Source of the DNA: the human T2T-CHM13v2.0 reference genome, Homo sapiens
Assembly (NCBI RefSeq): GCF_009914755.1
Contig: NC_060933.1
DNA length: 64,000 bases
Direction: 5' to 3' (one strand)
Part shown: one piece after another, positions 14,501 through 28,900 of the stretch
Position numbering within the stretch: position 1 is the stretch's first letter
How the letters are laid out: the number at the start of each line of letters is the position of its first letter
Translations under genes and position numbers: made by a program
Notes under the pieces: generated by a model
Told to the model about the DNA's origin: nothing
The model's database searches: none
The model's input: only the letters and a program-made list of their open reading frames with translations

Positions 14501-17500
14501 CATTCCATTCCATTCCATTCCATTTCATTGCATTCCATTCCATTCCATTCCATTCCATTCCATTCCATTCCATTCCATACCATTCCAATCCATTCCATTC
14601 CATGCCATTCCACTCGGGTTGATTCCATTCCTTTCCATTCCTTTCGAGTTGAACCCATTCCATTCCATTCCATTCCATTCCATTCCATTGCACACGGGTT
14701 CATTCCATTCCATTACATTCCATTCCATTTCGTTCTTTTCCATTCTATTGCGTACCATTCCATTCCATTCCATTCCATTCCATGCCATTCCACTCGGGTT
14801 TATTCCATTCCTTTCCACTCCATTCGGGTTCAATCCATTCCATTCCCTTCCATTCCATTCGATTCCATTCCATTGCACTCGGGTTGATTCCATTCCATTC
14901 CATGCCATTCCATTTCATTCCATTCCATTCCATTCCATTCCATTCCATTCCATTCCATTCCATTCTATTCCGTTCCATTCCATTCAATTACATTCGTATT
15001 GATTCTTTTTAATTTCCTTACACTCCATTACATTCCATTCCATTCGGGTACTTTCCATTCCATTCCATTCCATTCCACTGCATTCTATTGCACTCGGGTT
15101 GATTGATTCCATTCCATTGCATTCCATTCCATTCCATTCCCCTGAACTCGGGTGGATTCCATTCCATTCCATTCCATTCCATTCCGTTCCATTCCATTCC
15201 ATTCCATTCTGTTCAGGTTAATTCCATTCCATTCCATTCCATTCCATCCCATTGCAATCGAGTTGATTCCATTGCATTCCATTCCATTCCATTGCATTCC
15301 ATTCCATTCCATTGCATTGCATTCCATTCCATTCCATTACATTGCATTCCATTCCATTCCATTCCCCTGCACTCAGATAGATTCCATTCCATTCCATTCC
15401 ATTCCATTCCGTTCCATTCCATTCCATTCCATTCTATTCGCGTTAATTCCATTCCATTCCAGTACATTACATTACATTGCAATCGAGATGATTCCATTCC
15501 ATTCCATTCCATTCCATTCCATTCCATTCCAGTCCTTTCCATTCCATTCCACTCGGGTTGATTCCATTCTATTAGTTTCCATTCCATTCCGTTCCCTTCC
15601 ATTCCACTCTGGTTGATTCCATTCCTTTCCAATCCACTCGAATACATTCCCTCCTATTCCACTCGGAACGATTCCATTCCATTGCATTCCATTCCATTCC
15701 ATTCCATTCCATTCCATTCCATTCCATTTCTTTCCATTCCATTCTATTCCATACCATTCCATTCCATTCCATTCCATTCCATTCCATTCCATTCCATTCC
15801 ATTCCACTCGTGTTGATTCCATTCCTTTCCATTCCATTCGGTTTGAAGCCTTTCCATTCCATTCCATTCCATTCCATTCCATTCCATTCCATTCCATTGT
15901 ACTCGGGTTGATTCCATTCCATTGCATTCCATTCCATTCCATTCCATTCGGATTGATTCTATTCAACTCCCTTACTGTCCATTACATTCCATTCCATTCG
16001 GGTTGTTCCATTCCATTCCATTCCATTCCATTCCATTCCATTCCATTGTACTCGGGTTGATTCCATTCCATTGCATTCCATTCCATTCCATTACATTCGG
16101 ATTGATTCTATTCAACTCCCTTACTCTCCATTACATTCCATTCCATTCGGGTTGTTCCATTCCATTCCATTCCATTCCACTCCATTCCATTGCACTCGGG
16201 TTGTTCCATTCCATTCCATTCCATTCCACTCCATTCCATTGCACTCGGGTTGATTCCATTCCATTCCATTCCATTCCGGATGATTCCTTTCCATTACTTT
16301 CCCTTCCATTACATAACCCTGCACTCGCGTTGATTCCATTCCATTCCATTCCATTCCACACCATTCCATTCCATTCCGTTCCATTCCGTTCCATTCCATT
16401 CCATTCTATTCGGGTTAATTCCATTCCATTCCATTCCATTCCATTCTATTCCATTCCATTGCATTCCATTCCATTCCATTCCCCTTCACTCGCGTTGATT
16501 CCATTCCATTCCATTCCATTCCATTCCATTCCATTCCACTCCATTCCATTCCTTTTCGTTCCATTCCATTCCATTCCATTGCATTCCATTCCATTCCATT
16601 CCGTTCCATTCCGTTCCATTCCATTCCATTCCATTCTATTCGGGTTATTTCCATTCCAATCCATTCGATTGCAATCGAGTTGATTCCATTCCATTCCATT
16701 GCATTCCATTCCATTCCTTTCCATTCCATTACGGATGATTCCATTCCATTGCATTCCATTCCATTCCATTCCGCTGTACTCGGGTTGATTCCATTCCATT
16801 CCATTCCAATCCATGCCATTCCACTCGTGTTGATTCCATTCTTTCTATTCCATTCAAGTTGAATCCATTCCTTTGCATTCCATTCCATTCCATTCCCCTG
16901 CAGTCGGGTTGATTCCATTCCATTCCATTCCATTCCATTCCATTCCATTCCATTCCATTCCATTCCGTTCCATTCCATTCCATTCCATTCCATTCTAGTC
17001 GGGTTAATTCCATTCCATTCCATTCCATTCCATTCCATTCCATTCCAATCGAGTTGATTCCATTCCATTCCGTTCCATTTCTTTCCATTCCACTCCATTC
17101 CCGTCCTTTCCATTCCATTCCACTCGGGTTGATTCCATTGTATTCCTTTCCATTCCATTCCATTCAATTGCAATCGAGTTGATTCCATTGCTTTGCATTC
17201 CATTCCATTCCATTCCATTCCAGATAATTCCATTCCATTGCATTCCATTCCATTCCATTCCCCTGCACTCGGGTTGCTTCCATTCCATTCCACTCCATTC
17301 CGTTCCATTCCATTCCATTCCATTCTATTCGGGTTAATTCCATTCCATTCCATTCCATTCCATTCCATTCCATTCCAATCCATTACAATCGAGTTGATTC
17401 CATTCCATTCCATTCCATTCCATTCCATTCCATTCCAGTCCTTTCCATTCCATTCCAATCGGGTTGATTCCATTCTATTAGTTTCCGTTCCATTCCATTC

Positions 17501-19465
17501 CCTTCCATTCCACTCTGGTTGATTCCATTCCTTTCCATTCCACTCGAATACATTCCCTCCTATTCCACTCGGAACGATTCCATAGCATTCCATTCCATTC
17601 CATTCCATTCCATTCCATTTCGTTCCATTCCATTCTATTCCATACCATTCCATTCCATTCCATTCAATTCCATTCCATTCCACTGCTGTTGATTCCATTC
17701 CTTTCCATTCCATTCGGTTTGAAGGCATTCCATTCCATTCAATTCCATTCCATTCCATTCCATTCCATTCCATTCCATTCCATTCCATTGTACTCGGGTT
17801 GATTCCATTCCATTGCATTCCATTCCATTCCATTCCATTCCATTCCGTTGCATTCCATTCCATTACATTTGGAATGATTCTATTCAACTCCCTTACTCTC
17901 CATTACATTCCATTCCATTCGGGTTGTTCCATTCCATTCCATTCCATTCCACTCCATTCCATTGCACTCGGATTGATTCCATTCCATTCCATTCCATTCC
18001 ATTCCATTCCGGATGATTCCATTCCAATGCATTCCGTTCCATTACATTCCCCTGCACTCGCTTTGATTCCATTCCATTCCATTTCATTCCATTCGATTCT
18101 AATCCGTACCATTCAATTCCATTCCATTCCATGCCATTCCATTCCATTCCAGTCCATGCCATTCCACTCGGGTTGATTTCATTCCTTTCCATTCCATTCG
18201 AGTTGTATCCTTTCCATTCCATTCCATTCCATTCGATTCCATTCCATTGCACACGGGTTCATTCCATTCCATTCCATTCCATTCCATAACATTCCATTCC
18301 ATTCCATTTCGTTCCATTCCATTCTATTCCGTACCATTCCATTCCATTCCATTCCATTCCTGTCCATTCCATGCCATTCCACTCGGGTTGATTCCATTCC
18401 TTTCCATTCCATTTGGGTTGAATCCATTCCATTCCATTCCATTCCATTCGATTCCATTACATTACACTCGGGTTGATTCCATTCCATTCCATTCCATTCC
18501 ATTTCATTGCATTCCATTCCATTCCATTCCATTCCATTCCATTCCATTCCATTCCATACCATTCCAATCCATTCCATTCCATGCCATTCCACTCGGGTTG
18601 ATTCCATTCCTTTCCATTCCTTTCGAGTTGAACCCATTCCATTCCATTCCATTCCATTCCATTCCATTGCACACGGGTTCATTCCATTCCATTACATTCC
18701 ATTCCATTTCGTTCTTTTCCATTCTATTGCGTACCATTCCATTCCATTCCATTCCATTCCATGCCATTCCACTCGGGTTTATTCCATTCCTTTCCACTCC
18801 ATTCGGGTTCAATCCATTCCATTCCCTTCCATTCCATTCGATTCCATTCCATTGCACTCGGGTTGATTCCATTCCATTCCATGCCATTCCATTTCATTCC
18901 ATTCCATTCCATTCCATTCCATTCCATTCCATTCCATTCTATTCCGTTCCATTCCATTCAATTACATTCGTATTGATTCTTTTTAATTTCCTTACACTCC
19001 ATTACATTCCATTCCATTCGGGTACTTTCCATTCCATTCCATTCCATTCCACTGCATTCTATTGAACTCGGGTTGATTGATTCCATTCCATTGCATTCCA
19101 TTCCATTCCATTCCCCTGAACTCGGGTGGATTCCATTCCATTCCATTCCATTCCATTCCGTTCCATTCCATTCCATTCCATTCTGTTCAGGTTAATTCCA
19201 TTCCATTCCATTCCATTCCATCCCATTGCAATCGAGTTGATTCCATTGCATTCCATTCCATTCCATTGCATTCCATTCCATTCCATTGCATTGCATTCCA
19301 TTCCATTCCATTACATTGCATTCCATTCCATTCCATTCCCCTGCACTCAGATAGATTCCATTCCATTCCATTCCATTCCATTCCGTTCCATTCCATTCCA
19401 TTCCATTCTATTCGCGTTAATTCCATTCCATTCCAGTACATTACATTACATTGCAATCGAGATGA
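11516..19465 (+). repeat. Tandem duplication of a ~3975-bp unit (2 copies, junction ~15490)
   Basis: ORF pairs offset by 3974-3979 (11639/15613, 12147/16121, 13914/17893, 15103/19077). The rare end marker CAGTACATTACATTACATTGCAATCGAGATG occurs at ~15460 and ~19434. Confidence 0.95.
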
Positions 19466-20489
19466 TTCCATTCCATTCCGTTCCATTCCGTTCCATTCCA
19501 TTCCATTCCATTCCATTCCATTCCATTCCATTCCATTTCGTTCCATTCCATTCTATTCCGTACCATTCCATTCCATTCCATTTCATTCCATTCCATTCCA
19601 TGCCATTCCACTCAGGTTGATTCCATTGCTTTCCATTCCATTTGGGTTGAATCCAATCCATTCCATTCCATTCCATTCCATTCCATTCCATTCCATTCCA
19701 TTGCACTAGGTTTGATTCCATTCCACTGCATTCCATTCCATTCCATTCCATTCCATTCCATTCCATTCCATTCCATTGCAATCGGGTTGATTCCATTCCA
19801 TTCCATTCCATTCCATTCCATTCCATTCCATTCCATTCCATTGCAATCGAGTTGATTCCATTCCATTCCATTCCATTCCATTCCATTCCATTCCATTCCT
19901 TTCCATTCCATTACGGATGATTCCATTCCATTGCATTCCATTCCATTCCATTCCCCTGTAGTCGGGTTGATTCCATTCCATTCCATTCCAATCCATGCCA
20001 TTCCACTCGTGTTGATTCCATTCTTTCCATTCCATTCAAGTTGAATCCATTGCATTGCATTCCATTCTATTCGATTCCATTCGATTGCACTCGGGTTGAT
20101 TCCATTCCATTGCATTCCATTCCATTACATTCGGATTGATTCTATTCAATTCCCTTACACTCCATTACATTCCATTACATTCGGGTAGTTTCCATTCCAT
20201 TCCATTCCATTCCTTTACATTCCGTTGCACTCGGGTTGATTACATTCCATTGCATTCCATTCCATTCCATTCAATTCCATTCCGTTCCATTCCATTCCAT
20301 TACATTCGGATTGATTCTATTCAACTCCCTTACTCTCCATTACATTCCATTCCATTCGGGTTGTTCCATTCCATTCCATTCCATTCCACTCCATTCCATT
20401 GCACTCGGGTTGATTCCATTCCATTCCATTGCATTCCATTCTATTCCATTCCGGAAGATTCCATTCCATTGCATTCCATTCCATTCCAT

Positions 20490-22450
20490 TCCCCTTCACT
20501 CGCGTTGATTCCATTCCATTCCATTCCATTCCATTCCATTCCACTCCATTCCATTCCTTTTCGTTCCATTCCATTCCATTCCATTGCATTCCATTCCATT
20601 CCATTCCGTTCCATTCCGTTCCATTCCATTCCATTCCATTCTATTCGGGTTATTTCCATTCCAATCCATTCGATTGCAATCGAGTTGATTCCATTCCATT
20701 CCATTGCATTCCATTCCATTCCTTTCCATTCCATTACGGATGATTCCATTCCATTGCATTCCATTCCATTCCATTCCGCTGTACTCGGGTTGATTCCATT
20801 CCATTCCATTCCAATCCATGCCATTCCACTCGTGTTGATTCCATTCTTTCTATTCCATTCAAGTTGAATCCATTCCTTTGCATTCCATTCCATTCCATTC
20901 CCCTGCAGTCGGGTTGATTCCATTCCATTCCATTCCATTCCATTCCATTCCATTCCATTCCATTCCATTCCGTTCCCTTCCATTCCATTCCATTCCATTC
21001 TAGTCGGGTTAATTCCATTCCATTCCATTCCATTCCATTCCATTCCATTCCAATCGAGTTGATTCCATTCCATTCCATTCCATTTCTTTCCATTCCACTC
21101 CATTCCCGTCCTTTCCATTCCATTCCACTCGGGTTGATTCCATTGTATTCCTTTCCATTCCATTCCATTCAATTGCAATCGAGTTGATTCCATTGCTTTG
21201 CATTCCATTCCATTCCATTCCATTCCAGATAATTCCATTCCATTGCATTCCATTCCATTCCATTCCCCTGCACTCGGGTTGCTTCCATTCCATTCCACTC
21301 CATTCCGTTCCATTCCATTCCATTCCATTGTATTCGGGTTAATTCCATTCCATTCCATTCCATTCCATTCCATTCCATTCCAATCCATTACAATCGAGTT
21401 GATTCCATTCCATTCCATTCCATTCCATTCCATTCCAGTCCTTTCCATTCCATTCCACTCGGGTTGATTCCATTCTATTAGTTTCCGTTCCATTCCATTC
21501 CCTTCCATTCCACTCTGGTTGATTCCATTCCTTTCCATTCCACTCGAATACATTCCCTCCTATTCCACTCGGAACGATTCCATAACATTCCATTCCATTC
21601 CATTCCATTCCATTCCATTCCATTCCATTTCGTTCCATTCCATTCTATTCCATACCGTTCCATTCCATTCCATTCAATTCCATTCCATTCCACTGCTGTT
21701 GATTCCATTCCTTTCCATTCCATTCGGTTTGAAGGCATTCCATTCCATTCAATTCCATTCCATTCCATTCCATTCCATTCCATTCCATTCCATCCCATTC
21801 CATTCCATTGTACTCGGGTTGATTCCATTGCATTGCATTCCATTCCATTCCATTCCATTCCATTCCATTCCGTTGCATTCCATTCCATTACATTCGGAAT
21901 GATTCTATTCAACTCCCTTACTCTCCATTACATTCCATTCCATTCGGGTTGTTCCATTCCATTCCATTCCATTCCACTCCATTCCATTGCACTCGGATTG
22001 ATTCCATTCCATTCCATTCCATTCCATTCCATTCCGGATGATTCCATTCCAATGCATTCCGTTCCATTACATTCCCCTGCACTCGCTTTGATTCCATTCC
22101 ATTCCATTCCATTCCATTCCATTCAATTCCATTCCATTACAATTCTTTCCATTCCGTTCTATTCCGTACCATTCCATTCCATTCCATACCATTCTATTCC
22201 ATTCCATTCCATTCCATTCCACTCCGTTCCATTCTGTTCCATTCCATTCCATTCCATTCCATTCTATTCGGGTTAATTCCATTCCATTCCATTCCATTCC
22301 ATTCTATTCCATTCCATTGCAATCGAGTTGAATCCATTGCATTGCATTCCATTCCATTCCATTCCATTCCATTCCATTCCATTCCGGAAGATTCCATTCC
22401 ATTGCATTCCATTCCATTCCATTCCCCTGCACTCGCGTTGATTCCATTCC
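20490..22450 (+). repeat. Further partial copy of the same block (matches ~12507-14100 and, for longer, ~44700-46640)
   Basis: Markers CCCCTTCACTCGCG, GGGTTATTTCC, CCAGATAATTCC, CACTGCTGTTG and CGGAATGATTC appear in the same order. ORF pairs 12512/20496 and 21918/46105. Confidence 0.85.
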
Positions 22451-22917
22451 ATTCCATTCCATTCCATTCCATTCCACTCCATTCCATTCCTTTTCGTTCC
22501 ATTCCATTCCATTCCATTGCATTCCATTCCATTCCATTCCGTTCCATTCCGTTCCATTCCATTCCATTCCATTCTATTCGGGTTATTTCCATTCCAATCC
22601 ATTCGATTGCAATCGAGTTGATTCCATTCCATTCCATTGCATTCCATTCCATTCCTTTCCATTCCATTACGGATGATTCCATTCCATTGCATTCCATTCC
22701 ATTCCATTCCGCTGTACTCGGGTTGATTCCATTCCATTCCATTCCAATCCATGCCATTCCACTCGTGTTGATTCCATTCTTTCTATTCCATTCAAGTTGA
22801 ATCCATTCCTTTGCATTCCATTCCATTCCATTCCCCTGCAGTCGGGTTGATTCCATTCCATTCCATTCCATTCCATTCCATTCCATTCCATTCCGTTCCA
22901 TTCCATTCCATTCCATT

Positions 22918-25900
22918 CCATTGTATTCGGGTTAATTCCATTCCATTCCATTCCATTCCATTCCATTCCATTCCATTCCATTACAATCGAGTTGATTCCA
23001 TTCCATTCCATTCCATTCCATTCCATTCCATTCCATTCCATTCCTTTCCATTCCATTCCACTCGGGTTGATTCCATTCTATTAGTTTCCATTCAATTCCA
23101 TTCCCTTCCATTCCACTCTGGTTGATTCCATTCCTTTCCATTCCACTCGGATACATTCCCTCCTATTCCACTCGGAACGATTCCATTCCATTTCATTCCA
23201 TTCCAATCCGTTCCATTCCATTCCATTTCGTTCCATTCCATTCTATTCCGTACCATTCCATTCCATTCCATTCCATTCCATTCCACTCGTGTTGATTCCA
23301 TTCCTTTCCATTCCATTCGGTTTGAAGCCACTCCATTCCATTCAAATCCACTCCATTCCATTCCATTCCATTCCACTCCATTCCATTGCACTCGGGTTGA
23401 TTCCATTCCATTCAATTCCATTCCATTCCATTCCGGATGATTCCATTCCATTGCATTCCGTTCCATTACATTCCGCTGCACTCGCGTTGATTCCATTCCA
23501 TTCCATTCCATTCCATACCATTCCATTCCTTTCCATTCCATTCCATTCCATTCCATTCCATTCCGGATGATTCCATTCCATTGCATTCCATTCCATTCCA
23601 TTCCCCTCTACTCGGGTTGATTCCATTCCATTCCATTCCACTCCATGCCATTCCACTCGTGTTGATTCCATTATTTCCATTTCATTCAAGTTGAATCCAT
23701 TCCATTGCATTCCATTCCATTCGATTCCATTCGATTGCACTCTTGTTGATTCCATTCCATTGCATTCCATCCCATTCCATTCCATTCCATTCCGTTCCAT
23801 TACATTCCATTACATTCGGATTGATTCTTTTCAACTCCCTTACTCTCCATTTCATTCCATTCCATTCGGGTTGTTCCATTCCATTCCATTCCATTCCACT
23901 CCATTCCATTGCACTCAGGTTGATTCCATTCCATTCCATTCCATTCCGGATGATTCCTTTCCATTGCATTCAGTTCCATTACATTCCCCTGCACTCGGCT
24001 TGATTCCATTCCATTCCATTCCATTCCATTCGATTCCATTCCATTCCCCTGCACTCGCGTTGATTCCATTCCATTCCATTCCATTCCATTCCATTCCATT
24101 CCGTTCCATTCCTTTCCGTTCCATTCCATTCCATTCCATTGCATTCCGTTCCGTTCCATTCCATTCCATTCCATTCTATTCGGGTTAATTCCATTCCATT
24201 CCATTCGATTGCAATCGAGTTGATTCCATTCCCTTCCATTCCATTACATTCCATTCCTTTCCATTCCCTTATGGATGATTCCATTCCATTGCATTCCATT
24301 CCATTCCATTCCCCTTTACTCGGGTTGATTCCATTCCATTCCATTCCAATCCATGCCATTCCACTCGTGTTGATTCCATTCTTTCCATTCCATTCAAGTT
24401 GAATCCATTCCTTTCCATTCCATTCCATTCGATTCCATTCCATTGCACTCGGGTTAATTCCATTCCATTCTATTCCATTCCATTCCGGATGATTCCATTC
24501 CTTTGTATTCCATTCCATTCCATTCCCCTGCACTCAGGTTGATTCCATTCCATTCCATTATATTACATTCCGTTCCATTCCATTCCATTCCATTCGGATT
24601 GATTCTATTCAATTCCCTTACACTCCATTACATTCCATTCCATTCGGGTAGTTTCCATTCCTTTCCATTCCACTCCTCTCTATTCCATTGCACTCGGGTT
24701 GATTCCATTCCATTCCATTCCATTCCATTCCATTCCATTCCATTCCATTCCCTTCCATTGTACTCGGGTTGATTCCATTCCATTCCATTCCATTCCATTC
24801 CATTCCATTCCATTCCGTTCCATTCCATTACATTACATTCGGATTGATTCTATTCAACTCCCTTACTCTCCATTACATTCCTTTCCATTCGGGTTGTTCC
24901 ATTCCATTCCATTCCATTCCACTCCATTCCATTGCACTCGGGTTGGTTCCATTCCATTCCATTCCATTCCGTTCCATTCCATTCCATTCCATTCCATCCC
25001 GGATGATTCCATTCCATTGCATTCCATTCCATTACATTCCCCTGCACTCCGGTTGATTCCATTCTATTCCATTCGATTCCATTCGATTCCATTCCATTCC
25101 AATTCGTTCCATTCCAATCTATTCCGTACCATTCCATTAAATTCCATACCATTCCATTCCATTCCATTCCATTCCATACCATTCCATTCCATTCCCTTCC
25201 ATTCCATTCCATTCCATTCTATTCGGGTTAATTCCATTCCATTCCATTCCATTCCATTCTATTCCCTTCCATTGCAATCGAGTTGAATCCATTGCATTCC
25301 ATTCCATTCCATTCCATTCCATTCCGGAAGATTCCATTCCATTGCAATCCATTCCATTCCATTCCCCTGCACTCGGGTTGATTCCATTCCATTCCATTCC
25401 ATTCCATTCCGTTCCGTTCCGTTCCTTTCCATTCCATTCCATTCCATTCCATGCCATTCCGTTCCGTTCCGTTCCGTTCCATTCCATTCCATTCTATTTG
25501 GGTTAATTCCATTCCATTCCACTCGATTGCAATCGAGTTAATTCCATTCCATTCCATTCCATTCCATTCCATTCCTTTCCATTCCATTACGGATGATTCC
25601 ATTCCATTGCATTACATTCCATTCCATTCCCTTGTACTCGGGTTGATTCCATTCCATTCCATTCCATTCCATTCTATTCCATTCCATTACATTCGGATTG
25701 ATTCTATTCAACTCCCTTACTCTCCATTACATTCCATTCCATTCGCGTTGTTCCATTCCATTCCATTCCATTCCACTCCATTCCATTGCACTCGGGTTGA
25801 TTCCATTCCATTCCATTCCATTCCATTCCGGATGATTCCATTCCATTCCATTCCGTTCCATTCCGTTCCATTCCGTTCCATTGCATTCCATTCCATTCTA

Positions 25901-28900
25901 TTCGGGTTAATTCCATTCCATTCCATTGCATTCCATTCTATTCCATTCCATTGCATTCGAGATGAATCCATTGCATTTCATTCCATTCAATTCCATTCCA
26001 TTCCATTCCGGAAGATTCCATTCCATTGCATTCCATGCCATTCCATTCCCCTGCACTCGCGTTGATTCCATTCCATTCCATTCCATTCCATTCCATTCCA
26101 TTCCATTCTGTTCCGTTCCGTTCCATTCCATTCCATTCCATTCCATTCCATTCCGTACCGTTCCATTCCATTGCATTCCATTCTGTTCGGGTTAATTCCA
26201 TTCCATTCCATTCGATTGCAATCGAGTTGATTCCATTCCATTCCATTCCATTGCATTCCATTCTATTCCTTTCCATTCCATTACGGATGATTCCATTCCA
26301 TTGCATTCCATTCCATTCCATTCCCCTGTACTCGGGTTGATTCCATTCCATTCCATTCCAATCCATGCCATTCCACTCGTGTTGATTCCATTCTTTCCAT
26401 TCCATTCAAGTTGAATCCATTCCATTGCATTCCATTGCATTCGATTCCATTGGATTGCACTCGGGTTGATTCCATTCCATTGCATTCCATTCCATTCCAT
26501 TCCATTCCATTCCGTTCCATTCCATTCCATTACATTCGGATTGATTCTATTCAATTCCCTTACACTTCATTACATTCCATTACATTCGGGTAGTTTCCAT
26601 TCCATTCCATTCCATTCCTCTCCATTCCATTGCACTCGGGTTGATTCCATTCCATTGCATTCCATTCCATTCCATTCCATTCCATTCTATTCCATTCCAT
26701 TCCATTCCATTGTACTCAGGTTTATTCCATTGCATTGCATTCCATTCCATTCCATTCCGTTCCATTCCATTCCATTACATTCGGGTTGATTCTATTCAAC
26801 TCCCTTACTCTCCATTACTTTCCATTCCATTCGTGTTGTTCCATTCCATTCCATTCCATTCCACTCCACTCCATTGCACTCGGGTTGATTCCATTCCATT
26901 CCATTCCAATCCATCCCGGATGATTCCATTCCATTGCATTCCGTTCCATTACATTCCCCTGCACTCGGGTTGATTCCATTCCATTCCATTCCATTCCATT
27001 CCATACCTTTCCATTCTATTCCATTCCATTCCAATTCTTTCCATTCCATTCTATTCTGTAGCATTCCATTCCATTCCATACAATTCCATTCCATTCCATT
27101 CCATTCCATTCCATTCCATTCCGTTCCATTCTGTTCCGTTCCGTTCCGTTCCATTCCATTCCATTCCATTCTATTCGGGTTAATTCCATTCCATTCCATT
27201 CCATTCCATTCCATTCTATTCCATTCCATTGCAATCCAGTTGAATCCATTGCATTCCATTCCATTCCCTTCCATTCCATTCCGGAAGATTCCATTCCATT
27301 GCATTCCATTCCATTCCATTCCCCTGCACTCGCGTTGATTCCATTCCATTCCATTCCATTCCATTCCATTCCATTCCATTCCATTCCTTTCCGTTCCATT
27401 CCATTCCATTCCATTCCATTCCATTCCATTCCGTTCCATTCCATTCCATTCCATTCTATTCGGGTTAATTCCATTCCATTCCATTCGATTAAAATCGAGT
27501 TGATTCCATTCCATTCCATTCCATTCCATTCCATTCCATTCCTTTCCGTTCCATTACGTATGATTCCATTCCATTGCATTCCATTCCATTCCATTCCCCT
27601 GCACTCGGGTTGATTCCATTCCATTCCACTCCATTCTTTCCGTTCCATTCCATTCCATTCCATTCCTTTCTATTCGTGTTAATTCCATTCCATTATATTC
27701 CATTCCATTCCATTGAAATCGAGTTGATTCCATTCCATTCCATTCCATTCCATTCCATTCCATTCCATTCCGGATTATTCCATTCCGTCGCATTCCATTC
27801 GATTCCATTCCCCTGCACTCGGGTTGATTCCATTCCATTCCATTACATTCCATTCCATTCCATTCCATTCCATTCTATTTGGGTTAATTCCATTCCATTC
27901 CATTCCATTCCATTCCATTCCATTCCATTCCATTCCATTCCATTCCATTTCAATAGAGTTGATTCCATTCCATTCCATTCCATTCCAATCGATTTGATTC
28001 CATTCCATTCCATTCCATTCCACTCCATTCCAGTCCTTTCCTTTCCATTCCACTCGGGTTGATTCCATTCTATTCCTTTCCATTCCATTCCATTCCATTG
28101 CAATCGAGTTGATTCTTTTCGAGTTGAATCCATTCCTTTCCATTCCATTCCATTACATTGCACACGGGTCCATTCCATTCCATTCCATTCCATTCCATTC
28201 CATTCCATTCCATTTCATTCCATTCCATTCTATTCCGTACCATTCCATTCCATCCCATTCCATTCCATTCCATTCCATGCCATTACACTCGGGTTGATTC
28301 CATTCCTTTCCATTCCATTCTTGTTGAATCCATTCCATTCCATTCCATTCGATTCCATTCCATTGCACTCGGGTTGATTCCATTCCATTCCATTCCATTC
28401 CATTTCATTCCATTCCATTCCATTACATTCGGATTGATTCTATTCAATTCCCTTACACTCCATTACATTCCATTCCATTCGGGATGTTTCCATTCCATTC
28501 CATTCCATTCCACTCCATTCCATTGCACTCGGGTTGATTCCATTCCATTCCTTTCCATTCCATTCCATTCCCCTGCACTCGGATTGATTACATTCCATTC
28601 CCTTCACTTCTATTCCTTTCCATTCCATTCCATTCCATTCCATTGCAATCGAGTTGATTCCATTCCATTCCATTCCATTCCGTTCCAGATGATTCCATTC
28701 CATTGCATTCCATTCCATTCCATTCCCCTGAACTCGGGTTGATTCCTTTCCATTCCATTCCATTCCATTCCATTCTATTCCATTCCGTTCCATTCCATTC
28801 CATTCCATTCTATTCGGGTTAATTCCATTCCATTCCATTGCATTCCATTCCAATCGAGTTGATTCCGTTCCATTCCATTCCATTCCACTCCATTCCAGTC

